A stretch of DNA of 61,863 bases, filler included, from Choristocarpus tenellus KU-1152 (GCA_964200185.2; 9 parts of 9 records of this genome joined end to end with filler, not necessarily neighbours in it), one strand, 5' to 3'; shown: positions 1 through 13,232, numbered from the whole stretch's first letter. Translations and numbers: made by a program. The notes: a model not told the origin generated them from the letters alone.

Positions 1-701
1 TACCTTTGTGTGTGCACGCGGATGTGTATTTGGACTAAGATCAGCTCCCGAAGGGACCTGTCCGTCACAGTAGTAGTTATATTTAATCCAAAAGACACTT
101 CTGTACAAAGTAAGGAGTGTCTTTAAAAACTATTAAAAACTATTAAAAACTATTAATAAAGCTTCCTAAAAGATTGGTAGCTTACAGTGTATTCTGTACA
201 GAACTCATATTGCTTCAAACATACATTAGCAGAACAAAAGTAAGGATCCCAACAGTCTGACCGACCCGTTCTTCCCCAAATTTTTGGTATCTCTGAAAAA
301 TATGGAACGTCTTTTTGTGATCTGATGGTTGAATCCAAAAGAAAGTAATTATATTCATTTTAATCAATCTACGTTCAAAGAATTTCCTGAAGACTTGGGA
401 AGCAAACACTACAACTACATATCACAGTTAATGAACATCCAAGATAAAATTGGAATCCTGTTCTATTTGTTTTTTGTCGACTTGCTATTTTATACCGAAT
501 CCAAGTCTTAGTTTTTTTAAGAATATCAACATGTGGATAGAAAACCGGAGAAATAAAAGTGTACTCCCATTCTGCCTGCTTTTGTTCACGTTGTAAGATT
601 TAGGATTTTGGATTCAGACACCACAGTTCAACTAGGTGAAGTTCGAGGTGCTTTAACCTCCAACGTCCAACACAAGTAACAGTGAGATCAAACACGTTAG
701 T

Positions 702-1559
702 ATGGTGGATGTGGAGATGGCCATAGCTGGGTTGGCGTTTGTGGATTCAGCTGCAACCGATCATAGACAAGGAGCATCCGATGAGATTACGACCTCTAGA
801 TCAGACCAGTCGGTACAAGGTCGCCAGTACAGAGAGAGTTCTTCTGAGAGCATCAGTACAATGTGTATATCAGAGTACACCTCTGACCCTGAGTTCGAAC
901 CCAGTTCCGTAGAGTCAAGTTGCAACATGGGTTTTTCCAACGAGAGCGATCATCTCCTTGTGAGAAAGGATTCACTTTATCTAGGTTTGTGGGAGGAGGA
1001 GGTCTTAGGTGTCACGACAGCAACTCCTATTTCTACCACTAGCATGCACCTAGAAGGCGTTTTAGAGATTGGGGAAGGGAATGGCTTGGAACCAGGAGTC
1101 GATATTGGCGAGACTGCGTATGGTGGATACCCTGCTCATATTGAGATGGTATCTAACTCTTTTTCAGACGGTCTGCTCGAGTTCGTGAAGGAACTTGGGC
1201 GGGGTGTGGAAGCCACAATCCAATTTCCAGGTTTTTTCAGGAATAGGACGCAACAAGTGATCCTGTATTCTGAGGACAAGGGTGCGAGCATCTGCTGGGT
1301 GGAGCATGGGGTAGACCGAAGACCGTATCGATTACCTTGCTCATGTATCCTGGAAGTGCAGGACGAGATGGGCTGGGTGATGGGAGAGGAATGGACTGAG
1401 GAAGAAAAGAAGGGTGGGGTGAAGGTCAGTCTTGTGTGGCGTACCATACCATGTTTTCCGAAAAGCAGGATGACTATAGAGGTGCAAAACCCTGGAAATG
1501 CTTGTGCATTCACAAGAGGTATGTTGTTGTTGCGCAGATATAACATTGGTCTTGCTTGA
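702..1559 (+). CDS. Hypothetical protein (285 aa, single exon): acidic/Ser-rich N-terminus and probable C-terminal PH-like domain
   Basis: Uninterrupted ATG-to-TGA ORF. The C-terminal ~125 aa (FVKELGRG...ICW...ILEV...MTIEV...AFTRGMLLL) follows the beta-sandwich plus terminal helix pattern of PH-like domains. Recognised by eye only. Confidence 0.6.
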   Translation: MVDVEMAIAGLAFVDSAATDHRQGASDEITTSRSDQSVQGRQYRESSSESISTMCISEYTSDPEFEPSSVESSCNMGFSNESDHLLVRKDSLYLGLWEEEVLGVTTATPISTTSMHLEGVLEIGEGNGLEPGVDIGETAYGGYPAHIEMVSNSFSDGLLEFVKELGRGVEATIQFPGFFRNRTQQVILYSEDKGASICWVEHGVDRRPYRLPCSCILEVQDEMGWVMGEEWTEEEKKGGVKVSLVWRTIPCFPKSRMTIEVQNPGNACAFTRGMLLLRRYNIGLA

Positions 1560-4500
1560 TGTTGTGAACACATCATTCTGCCCTTCCAATAGCAGATAAA
1601 ACTTTCTGGAGGCAACATAGGGTCCCACCCTTAGAGCTCGACATTCCCATGTACCCTTGCAATCTGTCCCCTTCTCGCTTGTTGGTTAGTGGTGTGCATA
1701 CACGTCATTGTCGATGAAGATGTCGCCATAATTTGGGTAAATGGGGCGGTCATTTTTGGTGTGATATAGGGGTCATTGGTCTTTTTTTGAGGTTAATGTT
1801 CTATTCCTTGAGTTTTGGGAACTATGGAGTACAACAGCTGTAGGGAGTTTCTAGTATTTGCTGTAACAATGGAGGATCATCAGTTATACTACCCAAACAT
1901 TGAAGTAACAATGTTGAAGTAGGATAGCTTTGTGTTGATATTTTGGTTTTACGATCCCATAGAAAGGCAACCAGTGCCCATATTTTTGTGGTCGACTCGT
2001 TGTCTAGGTTTTTTCCATTTTCTAAAGAAAGCGATTCATTGTAGTTTTTTACTTAGGTATTTCTCTGATTTTGAAGGTAGTAAATATTACAATTCTGTAG
2101 GTACTGTGAGGTTCTAACTCTTTTGGAAAAGCAGTCCTATTTTTTGTTCTTGTTGCATTTTTGTTTTTTTCTACTCTCTTTGTAGTGTGTTGACCTTGAA
2201 ATGATACTACAGGGTGCACCTCCCCCCACTGTATTTCCTTGTTAGATATATGTATGTTCAAGTTCCCTCATGGGAATAAACTCTTAGATTCAAGTGTGTG
2301 GGAATCACTGATACTCACTATCTTGCCGGTGAAAACTTTGTCAGTCCAGGAGCATAGCCCATCTGGCAAGTTGGGGTGATGTATTGTGAAGTATAAACTA
2401 GCTGTCTAGCAGCTAGTGTAGATGTTACTTCAAAGTATATTTAATTTTATACTCAATTTTTTTTCATAACACGCTTTCTTGCAGCCCAAGTCAAATTGTT
2501 CACATATGGTCGTAGTAAGTGGTGATTATTAACAGCTGAAACCGGTGATTATTAACCCTAGCCCTAGCCTGGTGTTTCCTGTAATGTGAAGGAATGCCTG
2601 GAAGTGGTTTGAGGATTGATGTCAGTGGTCGTGCCTCCATCCCCAGGGTGAGTGGACGAGAAATTGAATAGTGCTGAGTTTTTCCCATTCCTCCAGCATG
2701 TGTAAATAAATCAGTGTGTACTTGGCCTACTGTGTGCGAAAGATGAGCTACAATTTTTTTGTTTGTACATGCTTAGATACACGTGCTTGCAATATCACAT
2801 TTGCTTTGTAGTGTTACTGCTGTCATCTTTGGCCATCTGAGGATGTGCAGTTTCACCTGGGACAGGTGAAGTGAAGTGCTTCAGAGCGCACAAATTGACT
2901 GTTAATGTGGATGTTGAATGGGTGTCACTGATCAGGGTTGCATTCTCCATTTCTTCACGGGAAGGATTATGAAGCCAATGTACCCAACATCAGCAAGGGT
3001 AAGCAAAATTTTACTTCCGTCGGCACAAAAGGCATATCTGCCCCGCCACATGAGAAGTGCTCAACCTTCAAAGGGTGAGGGAGGGCATTGGCACCCTTGG
3101 GGATTCATGATTCGGCACTCGCAACATGCAGTTGTACCACAAATATGTACGATTTCATAGCAAACGTTTCGTTGAGTTCTACTGCCTATTAGGAATGTGC
3201 TGTGGTATGGTATGTGCATGGGCCAGAGATCATCATTGTCATTTCACTGCCTCTTCTGTTGCATACATACTTACTTGTTGATGCTAGCGATGGCCTCAGA
3301 CAAGAGCAACTCCAACAGCTGCGGGCAAACTGTAGTCCATGCTCTGCAAAATGACACACTTGACTCACACCATCCAGGTCTCAATTGTTTTTGTTTTTTT
3401 GAGGGGGGAAAGTATCGCTGGTATGCATGCACCAGGGGGTTCCCCGAAAAAAGGTACAGTCCTCTTCACCCAAGGGATGGTCTCTGTCCCTTGGACTTAA
3501 AAAAAAACTCAACTCTGCCAGATGCACGTTTTTGTAGTGCAGTGCCTGCTGTGGTTACGGACCCATGAAGCAACCTACTAGTCGGGGGGCACTCTAGTGC
3601 TTCATGTGGGGGGGGTGACTCGCAACACCCAGGTCATCAAAGGCGTTGTATTGGCCGGTTGGTCCCCTTCAGGGCACCCCCACAACCTCGCCATTGTGAA
3701 ACGGTACATAGATACTGTGTTTTTTTCGTAGCACCGGGAATACTGCTCCTACTCCATCGCCACCAAATGCATCAAGGGTAAATAAAACAAGATTTGTTGC
3801 AGGCTGCCTTACCACTCAAGTAACAACCCAGTCATCCAGCACAATATTTTATCCTCTTGTCATTCTGCTGCAAAAGTAGGTTGTATCAATACATTTTTCA
3901 TGTACAGTGGTAAGTTTTTCCGGATGGGTTTTATCAGGATTCATTGATGCAAATCAACAAAGATAGAGGTCTGCCCCCCTTGAGATGCTCCTGATGGCTT
4001 ACCTCGTCCTGACCTCTTTCCAGTGGTACATTCAGAGGTGTGCAAGTCTCTCCATCTGGTGTACAAACCAACAAACTGGATGTTTTTTCTGCTGGAACTG
4101 AGTTCTCGTCCCTCTCGAGTGGAGGCTGGCTCTATTTGATTCCAGTCAAAATGTAATTTTTATTTTCAGTGTGGTGATGTGCTACTGCTAATGACTTGAA
4201 AAATAGTACTGGAGTGCATAATGTCATGTCTGGCGTATAATCCTTGCTACTCTAGCCCTCCAACCACACTGTTTACACTTGAGCAATAATGAACATACAA
4301 ATCAGCTCTATACACACATTGGTTATATCCGTATCCTGCTAACCCTAACCCTATCTATGCTGCAGCACCTTCTTATCTCTACCTTGTCTTAAGTACATCT
4401 GAAACAACGCCTGTCCTGTTTGGGGTGTACACTACAACACCCTCTTCTGTAAGAAAATAAATCCCGTGTATCACGGAACAAAAAAAAAAAATGTACCTGT

Positions 4501-4866
4501 GTACTGACAAGCCTTTTGAGTGGTGCATTAAATTCCAAATCAACATTACTTATCAAGCGCATGTATAGATATGACATTTCCTGTCTCAACAGTTCGATAA
4601 TGAAAAGAGCGCTTGCTGCCTGTGTAGTGCAATACAAAAATTGGTTTCGAGAGACTCAACCCACTCTCCCCATCCAACAACAAAGCACAGCACAGCACCC
4701 GCGGCCCCGCACCCCCAACTGTCCCTCTCCCAGCACGGCAATAAACTTTGCAGCACCCAGCAAGAAAAAAGAGGTAAGAATTTTTGTTCAGTCACAACGA
4801 GTTGTATTTTATATCCGGTGTTGCACTAAGTATCTCTATCCAAAAAACTATTTTTATTTCCGCCAA

Positions 4867-6627
4867 TCACATCCGTTCCTGCGGAGGGAATCTTTCAGCA
4901 TCTTCGGTGAGGATCTCTGTGACCTCCAAAGTGTTGCACTCTCCCCCAAGGGATGAAAATGTCCTGTCTGCCTGGTAACGAACGCGGCCAGCAATCCAAT
5001 CAACGGATATCACCCCGGCCTTCCCTGTCTCAATCTTCAATGGAAACCTGTTTGTACAAAGCAGATGAAGGTTCAGAAAACATCATCATCATCATCATCA
5101 TCATCATCAATATGGTTCCTATTACTGTTGGGAAACTCTATCGAGCAATCTTCTACCTACTCGAGGCAAACAGTCTCCAGCCCATTTGTCCTTCAAGAGC
5201 TCTCAATTCCTGCCAAGCTAATGCATGACCTACTCCAAATAATTCTGTGGTAGGAACAGTGAGCAGTAGGTGCAGACATGATCCCCCCCCGATTCCTCCT
5301 CAGAGCTGCACATATTGGATATGGCACTGACCATGACATTGAGAGACTGGGGGTGGCTCCAGGGATTATGCACCTTTCGGTTCACCAATGGGAACATTCA
5401 GTAACATTCAGGCCGTTCCATTGGCCAAGTGTGTGACTATTCGTACATTACTCAATCTGTACCCCTCAGCCTGTACATAAATAACCCTTCCTTCAGGCAC
5501 TCAAGTTGGCTACTGTCGATGAACCCTCCAACATGACATCACAAACCTGAGAGTGAGGCCCCCCTCGGCATACATGGAGTAATACATCGGGCTTTGAGAG
5601 AGACGTGGAGGATCATACAGTCCCCTTCCTGCTGCACCGTAGAGCAGTGCCTGCTTAGTAAGGTTTCTCATGTTCGGGTGTGGAAGACGCAGAATGCACT
5701 GTCAGCAGGGGGGAGGCAACTTGTGCATTGTGCAACAAATGGAAACATGGAGTAGTGATTGATATCACTGTGAAGGAATTTTGTTCTCAACGTTACAAGC
5801 AAAAGTTGTCATCTAAGCTCCAAAACGAAGTTGGGGGGCAAGTAGAGTTATGGCCACAAACAACAGACGTGAGCGCTAAACATTTCGACAGCACAAGCAA
5901 ACTTGCTTAATGGAAGCAGCTTTGATTTTTTTGTGAGCATGTACTTAGCAATTCAAAATGTACAGAATACACACACACACACAAGAAGCAACAAAAAGTA
6001 TGCCTTCCTATTCTTCAAAACCAGTCTTTCTACAAAAAAAACGTGCCTACCCACCTCATCTGAAGCTTTTTTTGCCGGCAGAAACCTAAGCCCCTCTCTC
6101 ACAACATAAATACGGTGAATGCTTGATATGTCTTGCTCTTGGACGTACTGGAAGATGCATCGGACGCGAACATTTTCCTCCCTCATACCAACCTCGGCCC
6201 ACACACAGCAGGGGCTGCTGCAGTCTCCTTCATTTTTGCCCAGGGTGCGCTTAGCTCCTAGCGTGTAGGCATTCCCCACTGCCTGCGGGTGGACAGTGTA
6301 GCTCTGCTGAGTCTTTTTCACAGTGTTCAGGGGGGTATGCCTTTGGCGTAGCAGGTGAAACGTTGTGATTTTGTTTCTGAAGCCAATTTGCGAGCTTTTG
6401 ATTCTTACAACAGAATGCATATGCCGCATGCGCACTTCAGCATATCTCTACTTCATCGTGTCAGCACTTCCTTCCCCCCCCCCCCCCCCCCCCCGAAAGG
6501 GCTAAAACAGGGGGGGGGGGGGGGGGGGGGGGGAAAGAGGGAGAGAAAAAAGAAAAAGAAAAAAAAAAAAANNNNNNNNNNAAACAACCCCCCCCCCCCC
6601 CCCCCCCCCTCTCTCCTCTCCCCTCCG

Positions 6628-6660
<33 letters not shown>

Positions 6661-8286
6661 AGTACAGGCTATACAGAGGGAGGGAGGGAGGGAGAGAGAG
6701 AGAGAGAGAGAGAGAAAGCACATGCATCAGAGTATCAAGTCGAACCAACAATAACTGAATAAGATAATGAGCAGAAGCTCACCTGTGTCCCATTGACGGC
6801 CCGAAAGGAGTCAGTGTAGAGGGTATCCAGGACCGGTGGGGGTAGGTCATGAACACCCTTTGACCTTTGTGATCCTGAACCACTTCCACTCTTGTGAGAA
6901 TGTTGAAGGTAACCCATTGGAGGTCTTTCTTCCTTTCCTCTTGTGTACATCATCAATACAGTCAGTGTCGTATTTCAGATTATTGATTCCATGGGTCGAA
7001 CGAACAAAGTGGTAAGGATCTCAAATATTCTAGGTCAAGATCGGCAGTGATACTAACCCCTCTATCCAAGGATTACCAGGATATAAAAAAGAACAAGCAA
7101 GATCTATGGCACGACTCCCAATACTGTCCAGCAGCAATAACAAGAGTATCATGATTGAAAAGAGCACTGGATCAATGGGGAGCGAGCCTCCTTCCACCCT
7201 CCACCCCACGTTAGGGTGCTGCAAAAGCACTGGGACACAGGAGAACAAACCTCAGCACGATTTGGGTAGTTGCCACAAAACTGCCTCCCTGCACCAGCCC
7301 TAATTGCAGCTCCTCATCAGGGTCACCGCCTAAGCGACTCTCTTCTACCTTGTACTCTACCCAGTTGCCTGTGACGTAATGGGGGGACGAGATGGACAAA
7401 AAAGTTGTTGGTATTACCTCACAGTTCAACGATTGAGTCACGTACATCAGCGCCCCCACCTCAACTCCTGTGATGAAGTAGAGTGCTCTGTGGGAAAACT
7501 AAGAGACTTAAGACGATATCATGTAAGCAAGGACTGGTCACTGGTGCGAGTGTTCTCACCCAACCAGTCTCCGGCATGTTTCTCGTTGTAGCCATTGAAC
7601 ATCCAGAGATCGTTGCTCAGCACCCTGGTGATGATGCATGCGAGAGATTCAAGGAGTTATTAGGACCAAGTGAGTTGCAATTCACGTGAAAACCATCATG
7701 TCCAATGATGTCGAGAGGTACCTAGGTGACTAAAGATAATCATCGCATGTCAACTCCATCGAGAGCAGCCTCAGGTCTGTGTCATGAACATCGGTTGAAG
7801 TTGACCCATATTGTTTGTAAAACAGTGGGGAGTACCTGGCATTTCTCCACTTCATCAGCGTCTCTTCGTCTTCAAAAGAATTTTCATCTTGTATCTCGTA
7901 GTCAGGATTGTAACCGAACCGTGTGTAGTCCTCCTGCCCCTGTGTTGATGTGGACAAGGGAAGATCTAAGAATTTGGGTGGGCCATTGTCAGTCTGGTAG
8001 AGGTTGCTGTAAACACAGTACCGCGATACAATCATTTCTTCACCCATCTCACCAAAACCTCGCCGTCTTCAATCCCATTGACGCCCTCCATCACCGAAAG
8101 AGAACGTGGTCGAATCTTGGGTCTACGGTCTGGTAAAATGGACCTCACAGTTCCTCGTCTAGAATCGACTTTACATGCTTGGCTTACAAAGTGTCGTCCA
8201 CATCCAACACTCAGAAAACCAGCAACCTGGTGGCTTGAGACAGTCAGTATCAAACCTGCCACAGCGATGCCACTCCCCTTTCGCAT
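4867..8286 (-). CDS. Plastid-targeted DUF3598-like (double beta-barrel) protein; complete, 8 exons, about 396 aa
   Basis: Exons 8286-8053, 7939-7836, 7624-7560, 7368-7251, 6939-6783, 6282-6055, 5650-5547, 5047-4867. All introns are GT-AG and phase-consistent; total 1191 nt ending in TGA. N-terminus MRKGSGIAVAGLILTVSSHQVAG-F followed by an R/S-rich stretch. Motifs EKHAGDWLGNWVEY, EVGMREENVRVRCIFQY...IYVVREG and GGLTLRFPLK...VDWIAGRVRYQADRTF...LEVTEI resemble cyanobacterial DUF3598 proteins. The exon structure is stronger than the family call. Confidence 0.75.
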
Positions 8287-8700
8287 ATTCCCCTTGTCCA
8301 CCCTCCCCAACATTGTTTTGAAATAAATGATTGATTTTCAGATTTGTAACACCTGAGTTTCGAACTACTTACACCTCCAAAAATGGAAAATTGATCTTCC
8401 ACCAAACTTCAAAGTCGACTTTCCCAGTCCAACAAATTAGAGATAACTTCGACAACATCCAAGACTTGTGGACAACCAAGGGAGGGACCAGGACAGAAGC
8501 TGGCACCCCATGCAGCAACAGCATCTCTCATCTCCGTCCTCTGCCCTGACATCTCCTTCGAATTGGGTACCCCACTGCGGTCAAGGTTTGCATTTCTTCA
8601 GTTTCCAGACAAGATGCACCGCAAGTGACCTTGATCGTATCTCTTGTAAGCCCCCTTCAGACTCGACAACACAATTCTAACCCGAATAAAACTTCGCTTG

Positions 8701-9161
8701 TCATGGCCTCTTTGATTTCCTAGGTAGACTGCAAAGGCTCTCTGGGGACCTCCCAGCCCCCAAGCGCAGAATCATCGACATTGGCGGTATTGAGAGATTA
8801 CCTAGGGCAGCAAGTTTTGTTAGTGATGGGGGGGAATCTCTCCAGCTTGCTGGTATTGGGGGTTCTGGTGGGCTGGTCGGCGAGGTAGCCGGGGCCAGTC
8901 CCTTGCTTCCAGGAATGGCGTTAGGGCTGGGCGTCACGATGGGGCTTGGTGCGAATGGCGTTGATTTGCTGTCCTCGGGTTTGCCATCATCAGGCCGACG
9001 GTTGCCTACCACACTGGCATATTCTTCTGGAATGGTAGGTTCTAGACCTCCGGATATTTCTATAGGGGTGGGTCTCAATGCCCCACTGACCCTGGGTGTG
9101 GGTGAGGTATGGGGCAATTTCGACAGTGGTCTTTCGTGCGGACTGGGCGCTGACGAAGGGG
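8701..9161 (-). CDS. Probable last exon of a Pro/Ser-rich protein, truncated by the contig end
   Basis: Open frame from the contig edge to TGA at 8701; low-complexity P/S/T-rich sequence; no recognisable domain. Confidence 0.4.
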
Positions 9162-9261
9162 NNNNNNNNNNNNNNNNNNNNNNNNNNNNNNNNNNNNNNN
9201 NNNNNTTAATTAATTAANNNNNNNNNNNNNNNNNNNNNNNNNNNNNNNNNNNNNNNNNNNN
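9162..9261. other. Artificial contig linker (44N-TTAATTAATTAA-44N); same linker at 14192-14291, 17054-17153, 21233-21332, 29350-29449, 33575-33674, 43069-43168, 56195-56294
   Basis: Eight identical 100-bp spacers carrying a 12-mer with stops in all six frames. Confidence 0.98.
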
Positions 9262-9331
9262 CATCAAAATCGCAACATTGGATTTTGGCCCCCAATTGGA
9301 CGCGGCTCTACCCTCTAAGATACTTTGACTC
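9262..9331 (-). mobile_element. MITE family A, partial copy cut by the contig start
   Basis: Ends in TACCCTCTAAGATACTTTGACTC (TIR) and matches the left end of the full copies. Confidence 0.85.
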
Positions 9332-9414
9332 AACTATACATCCTGCGGAGGTAATCTTCTGGAGCGCGCTGTGACACTTCATTCTCTGATGATGACAGCA
9401 ACTAGCCCTTCAGC

Positions 9415-11411
9415 ATGGCTAAACTGCTCAAGAAGGTGACCAAGATGTCGCAGGAGGGGGGTGATGGGGCGTCCAAAGATTCACTTCAACCGAAGTTCTC
9501 AGAAAATAACATCAAACGGTATTTGGTATATGAAATAGCGCAATAAATAATGGTATGACAACAGACAAACTTGTTTCTACAGTTGTAGTAATGGCAGTAA
9601 GAGGAGTAGCAGTAGTTCTAGTAATACTATTTTTTATGATCATTGGTGCAATAATTATTATTCACAGATCCCCCATCTCTCACCTCTCCTTCCAGTTTGA
9701 GTTCGGCACTATCAGGATACTATAGACTTGTCCTTAACAGGGGTCTTCTGTACCACAGTGTTCAACTTCTCTCAGGAAGGTCTTGGCTGTGTCGTGTATG
9801 CCTAAGGTTTCTTTCCAGGTAAGAATAGTGATATAGTGTATAGTATATATATAACACACACACATACATATATATATACATACATACAATAAATATTATA
9901 GTAAGATGCAAAAACTATATAAATTGCGCCAGCCGGGAATCGAACCCGAGCCACGTGAATGGCAATCACGTATTCTACCACTGAACTACTGGCGCTCTTG
10001 ACAATACTATAACTGGTGAAGTAGGTTTATTAAAATCAAAACAAAAACTTGTATGAATGATTGTGACGTAAACTGAAAATTCAAAACTGTTTTTAGTACT
10101 ACATGTTGACGACCAACCAGACAAGGACGAGAAGGACTCGCTCTCCTGTCCTAACTCTTCTAACACACATGGAAGGTTATGCAAGTGTCCTGGTGATGTT
10201 GCTCGCGTCGCTTGTCGCTTGCTCGACCTCCTTCCATGTCCCTGGAGTAGTTTCATCACCTAGGGATTCGATTGGGTCAAGGTTCTCCAGATTGGATTTA
10301 CCAATAGGTTAGCCATGTGTACCATTCTCTTCTCGACTGAAAACTGCGAAATACTTGGTGCGATTGAGTACTAATTATGTCGAGGCAGACGGGCATGTAA
10401 GGGTAGAAACGCCAGTCCAACGACTTCACTTATAACTCGCGGTCCCTCCCCCAAACCCTGTACTCCCCTATCTTCACAAGTGGCGAGAGCCGGACTGCAA
10501 ATGGTCTCACACTTGTCCATGCTCCCTTGTCAGAGGATTACTGGGAGTCTATGGTTGCAGCAAGCGATGAATACCAGCGATGGGTCTCCACCAATGGCAG
10601 TGTTGTCCAAGACCTCAGGTATGTTCGGTCATCAGACATGAAATGCCCTACGTTGCCAACCGATAATCTACCACTAATAGCCTGTATATCTTGCTTAGAT
10701 GTCTTTTCCTGGATCAGTTCGAGTTTCCAGGTGCCGCGACCGCTTGGCATGATTCAGGTCAAGTGTGAAGATACGTACAGATGAAATCAATTTCACATGT
10801 CCATTGCTTGAAGGACCACCCGATTTGAAGAACTTCGCAGGACGAATCAGTATGCGGGGTGATGAACGAACCACTCATGAAACTTTTTTCCAATGCCTCC
10901 TTTGAAGATCCTCAATTCGCCAATCATAGCTTTATCGTGGTGCCAAACGAGGAGGCACCCCACAACCTTATCCGTACGTTGAGTGCAGACTGGGTGTAGT
11001 GAAGCGAGTGTTGGAGGAAGGAGAGTTTGCAAGGAGGGGGCAATGTAGCGAGAGATAGACTTGCGCAAGAGGGAGTTGAACCTACTGCTGCTAGTGCTGG
11101 TGCTGATGCTACAGCTTGACTTGCTCTACTCCTTACACCCACGGGAAGTGGAGAAGGTGGATACTCTGGAGAATCGGAGGGAGCAACTCTTGCTGGTTTT
11201 CTTGTCTACTGCTCCTGAATGTGCTTCAGGAGTCACTCCTGCGGAGAATGGAGAAGGTGGCACTAGCCATAGTAGGGAACCCAATAGGGCGCCATTGTCA
11301 CAGCTCTTTGTGCTGTTCTGCTGTATGGCAGAGTTGTGCCAGCTGGTCTCCAGGACCTCCAAGCAACCCCCATCAAGAATGCTGCCCACCTCTTTGATGA
11401 GGAGACCCCCC
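9415..11411 (+). CDS. Chain of short exons, probably the upstream part of the BUB1-like gene
   Basis: Phase-compatible GT-AG exons at about 9415-9518, 9776-9818, 10121-10175, 10534-10618 (EDYWESMVAASDEYQRWVS), 10718-10757 and 10841-10972, with further candidates to ~11411. No conserved motif recognised; the link to the kinase exons is an inference. Confidence 0.4.
9925..9995 (-). tRNA. tRNA-Gly (anticodon GCC)
   Basis: Reverse complement GCGCCAGTAGTTCAGTGGTAGAATACGTGATTGCCATTCACGTGGCTCGGGTTCGATTCCCGGCTGGCGCA folds as a full cloverleaf: 7-bp acceptor stem, CGTGA/TCACG anticodon stem, A and B boxes, and a T5 Pol III terminator about 10 nt downstream. Confidence 0.96.
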
Positions 11412-11743
11412 GTGAGTATATGCTCGAGTTGAGTCGCTCCATCGGGGAGAAAACGTGTCCCCACAATGATAACCCACCCAACATTCTGACCAAATCACAC
11501 GCCAAGCGATCGACCCAGGCTGCCGATCATATAAAGGAGATTGTGTGATGCACCTGACAATTAAAATAAATAAATCAGAAAGGGTCTCACAGTCGGGTTA
11601 TAGGATAGCCCAGCTGAGATATATTGCTACAGATCCTACAAGGAGGAGTGTAGACCGCATTCAGGGTAGTTGCTTCCTCTTCCAGGCATGATGCCCAGCA
11701 TGCTCCTTCCGAATTGCTTGCATACCCTATCAATGCATGCTTT

Positions 11744-11768
11744 GGGTTAGGGTTAGGGTTAGGGTTAG
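11744..11768 (+). repeat. Interstitial telomere-like (TTAGGG)n tract
   Basis: GGGTTAGGGTTAGGGTTAGGGTTAG. Confidence 0.85.
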
Positions 11769-12257
11769 TCTTTGGTGCAGAGACTGCATCACAACAGCCT
11801 TGATTTCCGATGTCTGTTGCAGGATCTGTAAGAAGTCGTCGATTCCGAGTTGGTCCATCACCAGCCCAGGCCTGACCTCAACAAATGCAATGCGATGCCT
11901 GGCACGCCCCCCCACCAACCCTGATGCCAATGGGTGTCCAGTGGGTCCCGACTCAACAACAAATGAGTTGTCTCGGAAACCTTTTCCGGGGTGGATGAGA
12001 CCCCTTTTGAAGACGACTTTTTTGATGTCTCAATATGGGGTGTCACGGAGACAACTGCTAAAGCTTGCCTGTGTTGATATTGTTTAGTGCTTCAGTGGTT
12101 AGTTTTGTGGGATGTTTTGTTGATATTGTTTGGGCTTGGCTGGTCATTTGGCCAACTCTTGAGATCGCCTTTACGTGGAAGTAGTTCGCCTCTCAGGTTG
12201 AGGTTTCTGAATGGTAGTTTGTTTAGTACTACTGAAGAAAAACAAGTGTGTTTTTTT

Positions 12258-12410
12258 GTATATTCTTACATACACACTCTATGTATGTCTTTATTCTATA
12301 TTCCTACATACACACTCTATGTATGTATTTACTCTATATTCCTACATTCACACTCTATGTATGTATGTATTCTATATTCCTATGTACACAATGTATGTCT
12401 TTATGTATTC
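12258..12410. repeat. Degenerate ~38-bp minisatellite (TATTCCTACATACACACTCTATGTATG...), about 4 copies
   Basis: Directly visible tandem units. Confidence 0.8.
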
Positions 12411-13067
12411 ATAGAGCCGTGTGTCGCTGTTATTCCGATGGGAACGGTTTCCCTTCAACTTCAACTTTTCAACTGTCATTTCTCACCCGTCTGCCTCCTC
12501 ACCTCCCCCCGCCTTAAGGCTAGGAGACCCTACTGCTGCCCTCTTTTTTCATTATTTGTGCGCTTTTTATTTATTTATTATTTATTTTTGGCCTACACGT
12601 GCCTTACCGTTTCCTCCTCCTACCTACACTGTGTTTCCTGACTGGAAGATTCCTCCTTGCACAATTGTTCATACTCCACAAAGTATAAGCACAGACAGGG
12701 TTACCGGGCACTTGCTAACGTTGATGATCTGCATGGCGTGGAGAACCCAATTCACGCCTCTCAGTATATGTAAACCCCCCTGTGTGAGTCTGGGGAGCTC
12801 TCATGCTAAGGCTTTCTTGTGTGCCATCATCTCACTGTCCTGTCCTTTCTTCTCATTGAACAAATGCACAAACATGCATCTAATGCAGGCTCCTTGCGAG
12901 ACAAAAAATAAATAAATGAGGGTTTCCTGACATTGGGGAGGCGTAAATGGGGTTGAAATACAACGGATTCCGTAACTATATCGACTTGCTTCGTATGTGT
13001 CATATGTAACATAACACAGAATACAGACATATGTACGTATAAGCTTACAGACACACATGCATATAAA

Positions 13068-13178
13068 CATACATACATACATACATACATACATACATAC
13101 ATACATACATACATACATACATACATACATACATACATAATATAAACATACATACATAATATAAACATACATACATAC
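13068..13178. repeat. (CATA)n microsatellite
   Basis: Long CATA run with a degenerate tail. Confidence 0.95.
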
Positions 13179-13232
13179 GTATAAGTACATCACCTACTAC
13201 CCACCTATTCCGCCATGTTTCCTTTTGATCAG

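Noticed and set aside
125-156. (AAAAACTATT)x3 tandem
   Set aside because: Trivial short tandem repeat with no supporting context.
6355-6762. Poly-Pro/Gly/Lys ORFs
   Set aside because: Homopolymer and (GA)n tracts around a 10-N gap, inside an intron; low-quality sequence.
6700-8700. Apparent degenerate LTR-retrotransposon pol motifs on the minus strand
   Set aside because: The same DNA resolves into phase-consistent GT-AG exons of the DUF3598-like gene; the RT/protease resemblance was coincidental.
10330-10760. Possible copia gag/protease remnant (GNVGHF) on the minus strand
   Set aside because: The cysteines of the knuckle are absent, and plus-strand exons with good splice sites explain the region better.
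12087-13193. Long hydrophobic ORFs (YVCM repeats etc.)
   Set aside because: Translations of micro- and minisatellites.
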